Assembly (NCBI GenBank): GCA_963924565.1
Contig: OZ004609.1
Location: 27,280,001-27,344,000 of the forward strand
Source of the DNA: Ascidiella aspersa
Lineage: Eukaryota
DNA: 64,000 nt
Direction: 5' to 3'
Part shown: piece by piece, positions 50,902 to 64,000 of the stretch
Layout: each line of letters starts with the position of its first letter
Position numbering within the stretch: position 1 is the stretch's first letter
Translations under genes and position numbers: made by a program
Notes under the pieces: model-generated
What the model saw: only the letters and a program-made list of their open reading frames with translations
Databases searched by the model: none
Told to the model about the DNA's origin: nothing

Positions 50902-53900
50902 TTTTCCTTTTCTATTCTTTTATTCTGTCGCGTTGTTTCGTTGCTTGTTTGCTTCCCCGGCACTCGTGACACAGTTTCTTACGCAAAGTTTTTATGTAAA
51001 CGTTGTGCGTCTTTTTTTATGAAAACGACGTTTATTCTATCACTTTTTAGCTAGGCTGTGGCACTAGTCTCACAACTCAATTATGTTATCCTGTGACTGT
51101 TTTTGTCGTAGACTTTTAAAATTAGAACCAAGACAGATTTAGTTTTCGCGCTACTAAAACCAAAATCTTCATCTGTGTTAGATTTTAGCTTTTTCTGTTT
51201 CAAAATAAACATAACCACTTTACTAGTAGTAGTTGTAAAGTCTTTGGTTTGTTGATGTAAAGCATATGTCTCTGAGTTAAAAGCGGATGGGCTTGTAAAA
51301 AAGCACCTGTACCCTTCAGTTCTTGCCTCGCACGATTGGCGATTTTAAAATATATACTTTTACCCGCTCAAAATCGCCGTAAATCGTTCGAAAGATGCCA
51401 CTCAACTCCTGTCGTACAATTTTTCCTTCTGTTTTTACCAAGATCTAGAAATAGACACCTGTTACTTATTGTAAGGGCAACCTATATCATAAAAAAAAAC
51501 TGTAAAATTGTGATTTTTTCGCACTTTTCATTTCAAGCGTTTATTCCTGATCTGTGTCGGGCGAATCCTGTTTTCACTAAACACCTTTACTGTAAGTTAA
51601 TCAACAAGGCTGGTGTTTTATATGTTGTTACCCCCTTTTTATAAGAATGAAGAGTGTAAGCACCGCCACATTGTGCAATCGAACGAAACGGCCCATAAAG
51701 TTTCCCGTTTCCCTTTTTTACCAAGTTTGTTTGTTGCACTTCGTAGTGTGGTTGAATGGCTCAAATTATCAAATTATCAAATACGAAACGGCCGATATCC
51801 TTAATATAACGGAATATTGAAAAAAAAACGTTAAAATAGAGCGAGCGTGTTTTTTACAGCGTTGTCGATTTTTCGACGGTAAAAAATGACACTAGGTTTA
51901 TTTCGCCTCTTTCTGATTTTGCGTTAAAATGATACATTATATAGCCTGTTAGTGATAATTAGTGGGCGCAAATTCACCGCTGAGATTTATCGCTTGTCCT
52001 GTGTTTTTTGCTCCAGTCATCTCTTCGTTAGCGTATCTATCATGTCAGTATTGCGTCAGCCGTTTCTCACTGATCAAAGAAAAATCGAAAAAGAAGATCG
52101 TCTTGTTTTTTTGAGCCTTTTAGTGCAATGAAAACCATGCTACTGCTACTGCTCGCAATGCCTGATTTCGGTGACTAGTCGATTTTTAAATGAGTTACTG
52201 AATGGTTACAGAGATGTAAAACCGAAAATGGTTAGAAATTTAAAATAAAAATCTTCAACATTGGACAAATATCATACCTTAACTGACAAAGGATAGAAGG
52301 AAACAGTTTATCGTGCAATTCTAGTTACCAGTGGACTGCAAATCCGCTTGGAATTATAAACAGAAAAACATCGCTTTGTGTTGTTTAAAATATTAGTAAC
52401 CGTGACGGAAGAAAATTCGTACGCGCTTATGACACACATGTTGGTTGTATTACTTATTACACACATCACGTCTGGAAAAGTTAAAGTATGACACAATATC
52501 TGGCGGGTCATTCAACTTGAAAATATTTGCACAGACACTTGAAAACTGCGTTGTAAAACTAATTCACACTATACTTTACGTGGGCAGCGTTACATGACGC
52601 TGGAATTTCGTAAAAGTATGAAATAATTTTTCAAATTTATTTTTTTAGAACCATGCATTATATTGTGATCAACTATCACCGAATACGCGACTGTCAATCA
52701 AAGATTCGCAATGAGTAAAGCCAACCTTTTTTACAACAGAAATTAAATTTAGAAAAACAGCAAAAACATTTTTTTTAATTAAAAAAACTTTTAATATATT
52801 GCTTGTTTTATTGTTACTTTTGTGAAAGCGAAAACCTTTTCTTAACCACTAGTTTGACTTTGATTAGGCCTGGCTGCAGGAAAACGTAAGGCTGTTGTTG
52901 TTATTGTACGACATTTTTGGCTGTTTAAAATCAAGCCAACTTGGTGTATGGAAGCGTCGACCGGTCGCGTGTTACCTTGACCTAAACCGTAGACTTTAGC
53001 CTCGTAAAAAGGTGCAGTTTAATGCGTTAACCTCCAACTCGGGTCGTGCAGTCGCCTTAATGCGTGTCATATCGCGCTGGCCGCAGAAGTGAAAAGCAAA
53101 CAGCGCCCGGGTTGCGAAACACGACATTTTACTCTGTGTGCTCTGCGCCGAGCGAAAAAATGAAATAATCACCCGCGAAGTTTATCCGCTGTCCGTATTC
53201 GCCGGCTCATGCAGTCTCCGTAATTGGCAATTAGTGTCGGCGCACTTTCAGAAAGTGGCCGCTTTTGGTAACTCAGATTAGCGATACGGGTGTTGCTTGC
53301 CTAAACTAACACGTGAAAATATATAGGTAAACAAAAACATGTTTTAAAGCGATATAATACGGGTTGAAAGTAAAATTTTATTTAGAACAAAGGAAGTAAA
53401 ATCAATCAGTTTCTTTTGGTTGCTATTATTGAGTGCCACCCTAAATTTCGATGATGAACAGGTGATTTCTTTTATACAGAGAAGTTGTTTATTTTCCATC
53501 ACAAGTAAGGTAATTTGATTATTAAACTAGATCCCAACATGGGAGTTATTAAATATGTACAGACACATAAAGTAGGATAAAGAAATTCAGAAAACTTCGT
53601 ACTTATTACCGGCTTACCGCCTTAGGTGGATCAATTGAAAATCAGTTTAAAGCAATTTCGCAAACGTACGAAAAAAACTTAGTTTAAAAGTTGCAACATT
53701 GACCTACCGACGCTACCCCGTCGATATAAATAATAAATGTTAAAAAAAACGTGATTTTTTTGCTCGAATTGTCACAAATAAAGAGCATGTTACCAATATG
53801 GCAAAAAAAAAACTAAGGTGGATCCTCAGCTAAAGGGTACTCTCAACTATAAATAAAAATGACACTAAAGAAAAGCCACTAATGCCTCGCCGCGTTACTC

Positions 53901-53969
53901 TTTTTTCTTGTACTTTTGTTACGCAGCCTTTGTATTGTTAACCTTTAAACTTTGCTGCTGGAAAGCAAG

Positions 53970-56900
53970 ATGACCGAGCCGAAGATGAACGGCGAGAAAA
54001 CCGAGCTGGGAATTTACGATAACGCCGGCTTCCAGGGTGCTCCGGACGACGTCGTGATCAAAACGAACAAGACGAGGCGGGGAAGTGACGATGACAGCGA
54101 GGCAGGGTCGAGCGTCGACGTTTTGGACGGGCGCGACATCGGCATGGGCGCCCATGTGGCCGAGGAAAAGGGCGGCCGGCCCGCCTGGGACAACCAGGTC
54201 CAGTTCTTGCTGGCCTGCATCGCCTACGCAGTCGGCCTGGGCAACATCTGGCGCTTCCCCTATCTGGCGCAGACTTATGGCGGAGGTGGGCGAATCGCTT
54301 GTTTATTTGTATGGCATTTATATGTATTTGTATGGCATATATACTGAACTGGTGGAAAAGCAAATCAGTTCCGACAAGGATGTGCATTTTCTACGTCGCA
54401 TCGATTGGGTATTAGTAGAAAATACTGCCCAGTTTCAGTTTATACCTTTTGAAAATGTAGGCTACCACAATTTATTTAAGAGAAAACATTCTAGAATTTA
54501 TAGGCAATGTAAAAGATAATACCATGCTAAGAGCTGAAACAATATTCGGGCAATTCTCCATAATCGAGCCAATAGAGTGCTATAAATGTTTTTTTTTCTC
54601 CAACGTACAGTTCAAAATTAAAAAAACACAGGCAAACTGTTGCGTGATGTAGCACCTTATCTGCAATTTGTTTGCTGTCTAAACAAAATATGGCATCCCG
54701 AAAAGTGTAAAGCACTCAATTTACCATGCATAAATCGTTATGACGCATGAGTTATTTAAGTTTTTAATGTCTAACAATGGATAAGCTGGTTTGTATTCTA
54801 CAAGTTTGTTCTGTTCCTTACAGGGGCCTTCCTTATCCCCTACATTCTTATGCTGGTTTTCGAGGGGGTTCCCCTGTTCCTTCTCGAGCTGGCGGTTGGC
54901 CAGCGGCTCCGCCAGGGTTCCATCGGAGCCTGGATGCGGTTCCACCCGTACCTGGGCGGAATCGGAATCGGCAGCATGATTGTGTCTTTTATGGTGGGCC
55001 TCTACTACAACACCATCATCGCCTGGTGCTTCTGGTACATTTGCAATTCCTTCACGGTAAGTTTGAGCCGAAGTGTAAGGTGAAGTGATTTGCGAGATTG
55101 TAGGTGTGCCGGCTAAGCATTGCGTACGGTTAGTTGCAGATAAACAATTGGGGTTGTTTGATAATGAATTTCAAAGCCAAAAAGGTCTAGTAGATTGAAA
55201 TTCATTATCAAGCTTCAATACAGATCCGTGCATAGTGTAGTCAACAATTAAGGTATTTTAGGTATTGCGATTGCTGAAATTTTGGACAGGTTGTTTCACA
55301 GACCGTACAATTCAGATGTAGGTTTTTTTAAAGAACTTTTTAACTAAAACATATTTGTTAGGCTCTTTTGAAGCCAAACATTTGTTAGGCTCTTTTTCAA
55401 GTCAAATAATACAAGGCGCTCTATTTGGCCATGCATTACGGACGAACAACCTAATTTCAAATGTAAATATGCCAGAAAATCAGTTTCGTTTTGGCTTTCT
55501 GCTTCCTTAAAACAACGCTTGTTAGATTATATTTTGTTTGTGTAGAACCGTTTATGCGGTCAAATACTGAGTCAGACAAATTCAAAAAATAAAAACGAAA
55601 TAGAATGACGTATTTTATACAACACTTTACGCAAAACTCGGAAATGTTGATTGGCCGTTTTTGACGTTGGTTTTGCGAGCCAAATAGGTAAAGCTGTTTT
55701 AGGGGGATTATTCCTAAACACCATCAAACTTATTTTTTGTAAAAGTTATAAAGTAAAATTATGGTAACCCTATGCTAAATTAGTTGCTTTTATATTTTTT
55801 TCATTTTGTATTGCTTTACGTATAGTAACGATATTCCCTTTCAAGTGATTTGTAAAGGGGTCGTGAAGCATTAAAAAAATATTTGGGAATCGCCACGTGA
55901 GCTCTCACATTTGGGTAACGACTGGCTTCAATCAAATAAAGTAATAAGCCCGCCCACACTTGGTCATTTACCCTTAGGATCCGCTGCCTTACGCCAACTG
56001 CCCAATAAACAACGATTCGACGGGCTACGTTCAAGAGTGTGAGGCGAGCGGTGTTACGGACTACTTCTGGTACCGCGAAACCCTCGACATAACCCCGAGT
56101 ATTGACGAAACGGGGGGCATCGTGTGGTGGATCCTACTCTGCCTCATCCTGGCCTGGACCGTCGTCTGGGTGGCCATGATCAAGGGCATCGAAAGTTCTG
56201 GAAAGGTCAGTGGCGTTTTTGTAAGACAGCGGGCGTCTAATCGCTATTCCAGCTTCTTGTAAAAACTTGACAACTTTGCCGTTCAGAATTTGCGGTAGTG
56301 TGTATGAGCCATGGATTTAGCTCTGTATAAGTGACAATATCCAAATGTTCAGAATAAGGTTGAACTGATGTAGACTTCTATCGACCTATAATATAATTAA
56401 TCTGCCGCGTAAACAACGTACATAAAATCTATAAATTTCCGTTTTTCTTCTGGATTAAACTCATTTTAAACAGGGTAGTTTTTTGCTTAACAAACAAACA
56501 GAACGTTCGAAATAAAATCGACCATTAAAAACGCCTTTTAAACAAAATTATGTCGACTAAAAATGTACTCTGAATCTACGTAACCTTCGTTTTTGTTAAA
56601 GCTTTTTAGATAGATTTTAGTGTTGGTTTTCCTTGGGAAACCAACTGATTGTAAGCAAACTAGTTTGGGTTTAACATGTGCCGTGAATTAGATAAACAAT
56701 TTTCATTTCTAGGCGATGTACGTCACTGCTACCTTTCCATATTTGGTTCTTTTTATTTTCCTCGTTCGCGGATTAACGTTGCCAGGATCAGGAGTGGGTG
56801 TCACCTACCTATTCACACCCGACGTAAGTATATTTATAGATATTGCTTTAGAATTTGCTGCGTGCGTGATTGAATGATTCGTTCGTTGATTTTAAAGCTT

Positions 56901-59900
56901 AATTCACAAAAACTATTTGCACTTTTAGCTCCTTTTAAATTTCGTATAAGAGAAAGTTAGGTGTATTTAGTTACCGAGTGGCCTTTCGCTTTTAAGTAAA
57001 CTAGGGCAGTAAGAGCATTTTACATTGATTCTCAAGCCGAACTCTTGCCAAATACAAGCTCCCATTCTCTTATCTTGCCACCGACTTTTGTATTTGGCTA
57101 AAATTCTGATCAAAGTGCTAGGCGTGGTCATTCAACAAAATGCGTCATTTACAAAAGGGCTGTCTACATGGTCGAACAATGGAGGCATTAATGCAAGAAA
57201 ATTCGTTCTAATGCAAACAACGATTGCATGATGCAACTTGCCATTTTCCCGAACGTGATCAGATGCATTAAAACATGACACACTTTACTTACATAGGTCT
57301 GCAATTTGTTTTGTACAAATGTGTTTCATTTTATGGTTGTATACTTGGTTGAAATTTTCTTGTAATTATTTTGAGTAGAATTATCCAGCACTGTTCTCCT
57401 CCGCATATACAATTGCAGTATTACTTCCTAATCATAAACCTTGAAGTTATATCGGTATCAATTGAACAAAAACAAAATCAAAGCGGGTTAACTTCTGCCG
57501 CCAGTGTCGCCAAAGAGCAACAAACTGTCACATCACGCGACGTTTTAATAGGAAATATAATATTTCGTTAGCTGTCCTGCGGCTGTTTTACTACGTCAGC
57601 CGCCAACGTTATTAATTAACCAACTTGGCTCGTCGCGGTGGCCTCGTAAAAATTTCCACAACAGTTCCATAGAATGTTGTACTTTTCCATGTCGTCGTTG
57701 TTTGCATTTGTCAAACTGTTTCACACGGCTGTGAACTGGTTTCCCCTGCCCTTTAATAAGCAAGTTCTAGTTTTGGGGGTGTCGAAACAAGTTGAGAATC
57801 TCGATTTTGGTAAGTAAGACATTAATACCAATGGCGTCTACATGAAGCCCCACACTTTTAACAACTTTCCATATAGTTTGGAATCCAGTCGGCTAACTTT
57901 AATGTGGCTGTGCAAACTTGTTGATTTCTGCATAGTAGTTTTCTTGATGACTTCAACAAGGAAGATACAGTTTGCGGATATCACAGTTGGGCTTCAGAAA
58001 GATATGTGTGGAATTTCAGGTCATGACCCCGGTTAAATTGCCAATGCTCTGTGTTCTGGACTGCAAAGTAAAAATAATCACACTATACTATTAAAATTCG
58101 GAACGAAAACTGTCGTGTCATTACACCCAGTTATGTGTGCACACAAGATAAGTTAGACGCTTATTGTGACACTGGCAACCCTTTACGGAAAACAAAATAT
58201 TTTCGCCATTAGTTTAACCAGTTGCTCACGTATAAGTGTTTACCGTCCCCGTTACACAGTAATAGCATGTTGCGGCGGTTCGAGTGTTTGGCAGAATGCA
58301 TGCAAGCTGGACCTTTGTTTTGGCCTTTGCTGAAGTGTTTTTAAAGCCTAGTTCGTCGAATTTACGCCGCAATTTACACGCCTTTTTATATGGTAATTGT
58401 GCTGTTAATAATCGTCGTCTTCGTCATGACTCACACTGGCTCTTATCTTAGGGTGCGTTCCAAGAGCCAATAATGCGTAGAATTGTTTGTAACACAAAGC
58501 ACTGTGTAATGAAATGTCTGATACAGCTATAAGTAAGTGAAACCTTTCCGCTTTTCGCACACCACCGAACTGTTTTGTCATTCCAATGAATGGCTTAATT
58601 AAGCTTGAATTACCAAAAGCATGAAAGAACCGGAAGTTTTGAATTACTTTTTTGGGATTCGTTCTGTCTAAGTTTTAATAATAGAACTATTATCTCCAAA
58701 GTTATAATATAAAATCGCGATAAGTTTGACCAAGTATTCAGGTTTAAAGCCACCCTCACTCAATATCCTTTGTAAAAGTTAGCCACGGTTATATAACACT
58801 TGGGGCGAAAAGTCTGCTGTTGATTCGGTCGGAGCAATGCCGTTTGCCGACGACCATTTATTATCGTCAAACCATCCCCGGTGGTGCATAAAAGTTGCTG
58901 GTGCATCCGCGGTCGATGTGTACTTTACCGTCCGGCGGTCAATATTTGACGGTCGCGATTTCGGGCGCGGTTGGTACGACTTATAAATTCAGGCCAAGCC
59001 GACTTTATTTACCTCCAGTGGACAGAGCTAAATAGAGCGCCGCCACAACCCAAACATTCACTTGTGTATCTGACCTTTGAAGTCTGTACAGCGGTGCGTT
59101 TTCTTCATTTCTTATATGACAATGCATTATTTGGGATCTGATTTTTTCTCCTCTTTAAGGTGGGCGCAGATTGTTATGCGAAAGTTTTCTTTGTCATTTG
59201 CTTTTTGACCAGATTTATCGTACAAATTTTTAACCCTGTATGAACCACCATTGTTAAGTGCTCTGAAACTACGAGTTGCCCTCACGGTTAGGTAACGACT
59301 GGCTTATATCAAATAAGGTAATACGCCTGCCCGCAGCAGCACGTGTATACCGTTTTAGAAACACATTATAGGTCTTGAAGCCGTAAGTAAACGGGTCTAT
59401 CCGGCATAATAATTTTTCTATACAAATACATTAAACACACGATTTACAACCGTATTTTACGCGCAGTTAGCCATCCTGGCCGATCCTCGAGTCTGGCTGG
59501 ACGCGGCCACGCAAATCTTCTTCTCTCTCGGCCTTGGGTTCGGCGGCGTGATCGCCTTTGCCAGTTACAACCCAAAAAAGCAGGACTGCCAACGTGACGC
59601 TCTCATTATTGCTCTAACCAACTCCTTGACCTCCGTCTTCGCTTCGATCGTTATTTTTGCTGTGCTCGGCTACAAGGCCAACGTCCAGTACGAGGGCTGT
59701 CTTGACACGTGAGTTCCCCGCAGTGTTGCAATTAATTAAGTCAACGGCCCTACTTAGACTCGTTTAGGTGACTATTTTAACACAACTGAATTTAACTTTA
59801 GTCATTTCGGCAAATTATTCGAATACTGTACAGTTATTTCCCCCAATTTCGTATATGTTTACCAGTTGTTAGTTGTTTATTTAAATTTCGATGTAGCCTA

Positions 59901-62900
59901 TACAAAATACTGCTTTGAACGGAAAAAGTTTACCAATTCAATAGGTTGCATTTATTGATGTTGAAAATGAATAAAGAGTTTTTCGTTCATTTAAAATGAT
60001 ATCTACTTCTGTATGGGCTTTATATTCTTATTACTTCTTACTACAACCCCCAATCATTATGTTCCAAAGTTACATTTGTTTTTTGTGACAATAACTGAAA
60101 TGGCACTTGGGTACAACTTTTACCCAGACTTGAACTTTGTTATAAGTTAAAAACGACTTGACTTGGACTTGAGTTACTTATGAAATGAACACGATGCTGC
60201 ACCCTCACCATTTACTAAAAAGCATTGAAACTCAGAGTGTCATTGAAACAGCGGCATAAGGCTCACATGATTATCTCGATTTAGGCCGGACCTATTAATA
60301 AAAATATTCTTCGGTCACAAAGATAAAGTAACTAAACATAAAGTGTTGTCTTTTCTATTTTGCTTATAATTTATCCCTATATCTTCACTTATAACTTAAC
60401 TGTTAATTAAACTCTTAAGTTGCCATTCGTGACACCTCCAACTTCAACAAATTACTAAGCCGTCCAATACCGCGTCCCCACAGGTTGTAGTTTGGTGATT
60501 TATGCCTGTCGGTAGTGCTGCGCTATGTGTAGGCCTATATCTAATTTTGGTGTTATTTTAATATGGTGTTAGTCCTATAAATATGTTACTATACAAAATT
60601 CCTATATAGATATTGTTGTTGTAGGTTTTATTAAGTATTCCCTACACGAATTCTGGCATCAGAACATTTCAACCAATCATGAAAATAATCGTTTTTTGCG
60701 GCGTTTTATGTAGAAACATAAACATACTTCTCGGAACGTACGAACTTCCCGAGGGAAGCATCACGTATGAAAACTACGATCAGCAACTAGTCGACTTAAA
60801 TAACACATCAAACTGGGAAGGCAAGAGTATTACCATCGAGTCTCTCAATTTAACGACATGCGATGTGCAGGAAATTCTCAGCGAGGTTACTTTACGTGTT
60901 CTCTTAATACAGAATATGTTATCAATATTTATCCTATAGAAAGTTGTCGTTTGCTTTGAGCCGCTAGTTTTAGTAATAACAAAATGTCTGTGATTTATAG
61001 TTTTTAATTTTGGTAGTGTTTAAATCCTTTACGGATCTCTGGAAACAAATTTAATACAGAATCATTCACATAGAAATAAAAGATTACTAAGATGCGCCCT
61101 TACTTGTGTTTATTCAGGGCGTAAAATTACAAATTTTAACTCAGGCGTCGCAAGGAACTGGTTTGGCGTTCATTGTTTTCACCGAGGCCATCATTAACAT
61201 GCCTGGCAGCCCGGTCTGGTCGGTTCTCTTCTTCCTTATGCTGCTCTCACTGGGACTTGGCTCTATGTTTGGCACCGTGGAGGGAGTCGTAACGCCACTC
61301 TTCGATCTCGGTCTTAAAGTGCCCAAGCCTGTATTAACAGGTAACGTTAAAGTTGCGCAACATTGACCTCGAGCTTCCGCAAACCATTGACAGAATAATG
61401 TGGTGTATTAGTGAAAATTGGGAATGGCGAAAAATATTATCGTAACAACTTTGTACTTTATATAAAACAGGGATTCTTAACTTTTGTTACCGCGGACCTC
61501 TAATATTTCGTGTTGTTTCGCTTGGACCACGGTAAGCAAGAATTAAACTAAAATGACGTCATAAATTGACGTCACATTACAAATAGACCTCACAAATATG
61601 CTGCGTTCGCTCTAAAAAATGTGAAAGTGACATGTAGGCTTAATAAATTCCATTTATTTTATTTTATTTAGGAATGGTTTGTCTCGTGTCCTGTGCGATC
61701 GGAATTATTTTCTGCACGCGAGCTGGAAACTACTGGGTGGACATCTTCAACAACTACGCCGGGTCGATTCCTTTGCTGGTGATCGCTTTCTTTGAGATCA
61801 CGGTCGTGGCGTGGGGATACGGATTAAAAAAGTAAACGACCTGAAATGTTGTCCTACTCCTGTATTATTATATGTTTAAGAGGTCAAGTGATATTATCCA
61901 TACTTGTTATACAGATACATCGTGTTAATACTTTATGTCTATTTGTCCTACTTTTGTAGTAACAAATTTATTTTTTCTGTTAAAATGTGTTTGTGTTCTA
62001 ACACCGTCCAAAGAAAAAAACAAAAAACATTAGTATTCAGTACACACCAAAAACCCAAAGAACGAAGTCGGTTTTTGTTTATTTGAGGGACTTCAAGGGT
62101 TTACCTTTCTATATTATCACTGATGCAAACAGTTTGTGATTTTGTTCTTTAAAACTTCGTGCTGTTACACTACGACAGTTTGAAAACAGTTTCGCCATCA
62201 AACACCGTATATTGTGTTTATTAGTTTCGAGGAAGACCTAACCTGGATGATCGGACCTCCCAAGTCGATTATGGGTCACATCCTTTACTGGTACTTCCGG
62301 CTTTGTTGGCTAATTATCTCGCCAGCCATTCTCATTGCGGTGACCGGTGCATACCTCTACACCACCATCGTTGGGGTTTTCGAGTATCCCGGCTGGGACG
62401 GCGATGTAAGTATTCGCGGAGTTTCAAATAGAAAGGAAAAATATATATTAAAAAATAAGTATTGGTTGGTATGTTGCACGGTATAGGTCTATCTGCAGTA
62501 TGCACAGGTGAAAAGCGATTTGGCATCTGGAATCTCGCCATTGAATTGCCCTGCGTTTCAATTTGGTGTTTAACGCCACACAGTTGACAAATTGGATTTT
62601 CCTGGCCCAAGCCTATATGTTGACATAATAAGGTTTGGCCCCTTTGTTACATGTGGCCTTCTGTTTGCTTCCGTCTACGTTTCTCTGAATAATTTTGATG
62701 ATCCGTGCGCGGACAAATTGCGGTTTGTTGGGAGTGGTGAAATGTATTTCAGCTACCGAAATGCATATGACCATATGTGTTTAGCTTAGGCACGCCAAAT
62801 CGAATTATAAAGGTCAATAGGTCTTGCCGCATTTTTCCGCCGCATTTTTCTTAACTCCGTCAAGCTCATATACCTTTCGGTCTTAATCAAACTAATTCAT

Positions 62901-63323
62901 ATTATAAGTACTAAGATAAATATATTTCGCCAAAAAGATATATTTTCGCTAAAAAGATCATCTTCAGTCTCTTAAATCGAATAAATTAAAATAAAAAAAT
63001 TAGGACAGAAACAGTTTACAGAATGTGTTCATTTTTCTTGAAGGGCGATATCTTATTTATAAATATTAAGTTTGTCATCCATTTACGTTTACTCTATTTT
63101 TTGTGTGCAGGGATCCACGACGACCTTGCCCTATCCTTGGTTCGCCATCTTGGTCATCGTACTGCTTATCGTGCTGCCCTGCATCTTCATTCCCATCAAA
63201 TGGATCTACAGCTGGATAAAGTGCCGCTACTTCGGAGGGGAAGAGCCCAAGGGCCTTCTAGTCGACAAGGACTGGAAGAAGTTCTGGGGCCACATGGCCT
63301 TCTGGAAATACAAGCCCGAATAA
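53970..63323 (+). CDS. SLC6 Na+-dependent neutral amino-acid transporter (SLC6A15-A20 / B0AT subfamily), 10 coding exons, ~683 aa
   Basis: Exons: 53970-54285, 54824-55056, 55978-56205, 56713-56823, 59467-59708, 60714-60885, 61145-61340, 61672-61831, 62225-62405, 63111-63323; total 2052 nt. Motifs: [42 protein letters not shown]....[26 protein letters not shown], long EL4 ending C.....[18 protein letters not shown] (subfamily hallmark). Confidence 0.95.
55901..55955 (+). repeat. Dispersed short repeat (second copy 59278-59335)
   Basis: ctcac..t..ggtaacgactggctt..atcaaataa.gtaata.gcc.gccc occurs twice in SLC6 introns. Confidence 0.7.
57840..58070 (-). mobile_element. Possible BEL/Pao LTR-retrotransposon pol relic
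   Basis: CpG-poor patch. Frameshifted minus translation gives [11 protein letters not shown] and [16 protein letters not shown], resembling the BEL Q...F..EI..L / L.P.L..GLLRVGG segment. Recalled, not searched. Confidence 0.3.
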
Positions 63324-64000
63324 AGCGCATGATCACATGTGCGCTTCTGATTGGACGCGTCGCGCGGCAAAGAGATTGTCTTCTCTTTTTTCTGTCCGCT
63401 GCGGCTGCCAATCTCATGACTCAAACTGCACTCATCAGGATGACGAACGCAGTACAACCGTGTTTGGAAATCTGGCCGTCTGCCATCGGAAATTAGTTAT
63501 TCATTCCTCGTGTAAGCCTCTTACTGTCTCACGAGCATTTCGCTACACATTAACTGGGTCGGGTTGTTGTTTGCGACATGTTTGTTGGATGATCCTCTGA
63601 CAACATTTAATTAGCTATTGTGAAATAAGTTTATTTTTCATTTATTTAGTTTTACGCTTCGGTTGCATTATTGGCCTAGGTAGGGGTATATTGGTGTTTT
63701 CTCGCACTTTCTATTGTTTTGAAATGAGTATTAAAGTAAAAATATTACTGCGACTATGTTGTTTAGATATCCATTTTCATTACGTTGCCCTGCTTTTACT
63801 TGTAGAAGATGAAAGCCATGGGCGCCAGTAGAAGTCAACTGTTTGACAACTAACGCATTAAAATATATCCAATTTTGATTTGAATTTTTTTGGAAACAAT
63901 AACGTCCATATGAAGCGTTTAAAGATGATTCATACCGGTTATCAAACTTCTGCGGGCGCCCTTGTACATATTTGTCCGACGTTCGAGTCTAACTTTATTT

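Noticed and set aside
49979-50972. Several minus-strand ORFs
   Set aside because: Shadows of the long GC-rich last LRP exon.
53919-54519. Overlapping ORFs in alternative frames and strands
   Set aside because: Shadows of SLC6 exon 1.
63436-63490. SECIS-like ATGA...AA in the SLC6 3' UTR, and CTGATGA on the minus strand
   Set aside because: No GA quartet partner or good helix, no in-frame TGA in the CDS, and no stem II/GAAA for a hammerhead.

Overview
Eukaryotic, intron-rich animal DNA with no prokaryotic features. The compact AT-rich introns, mosaic CpG pattern and fast-evolving chordate-type proteins suggest a tunicate, but that assignment is inference. I assembled five complete multi-exon genes by hand, all with GT-AG introns and consistent phases: CHTF18 (minus, 22 exons, 1529-24462, ~968 aa); an unnamed 5-exon gene with a mitochondrial presequence-like N-terminus, one TM segment and a domain I recall from bacterial hypothetical proteins (plus, 26288-29013, ~298 aa); ZMYND11/BS69 with a degenerate MYND finger (minus, 17 exons, 30391-39606, ~632 aa); an LRP3/10/12-family receptor (plus, 13 exons, 40399-50901, ~825 aa); and an SLC6A15-20 (B0AT-type) transporter (plus, 10 exons, 53970-63323, ~683 aa). 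The introns hold many hAT MITEs with 8-bp TSDs, foldback elements, a U6 snRNA fragment and Penelope-type relics. Main leads: (1) a minimal hammerhead ribozyme motif in an LRP intron; (2) the candidate horizontally acquired mitochondrial gene; (3) a CRE/TATA promoter-like island in the last CHTF18 intron with a phase-compatible mini-exon that could encode a Ctf18-tail-only microprotein; (4) CpG depletion limited to the first ~5 kb of three genes; (5) loss of MYND zinc ligands in ZMYND11. All coordinates and identifications were made by eye, with no database search.
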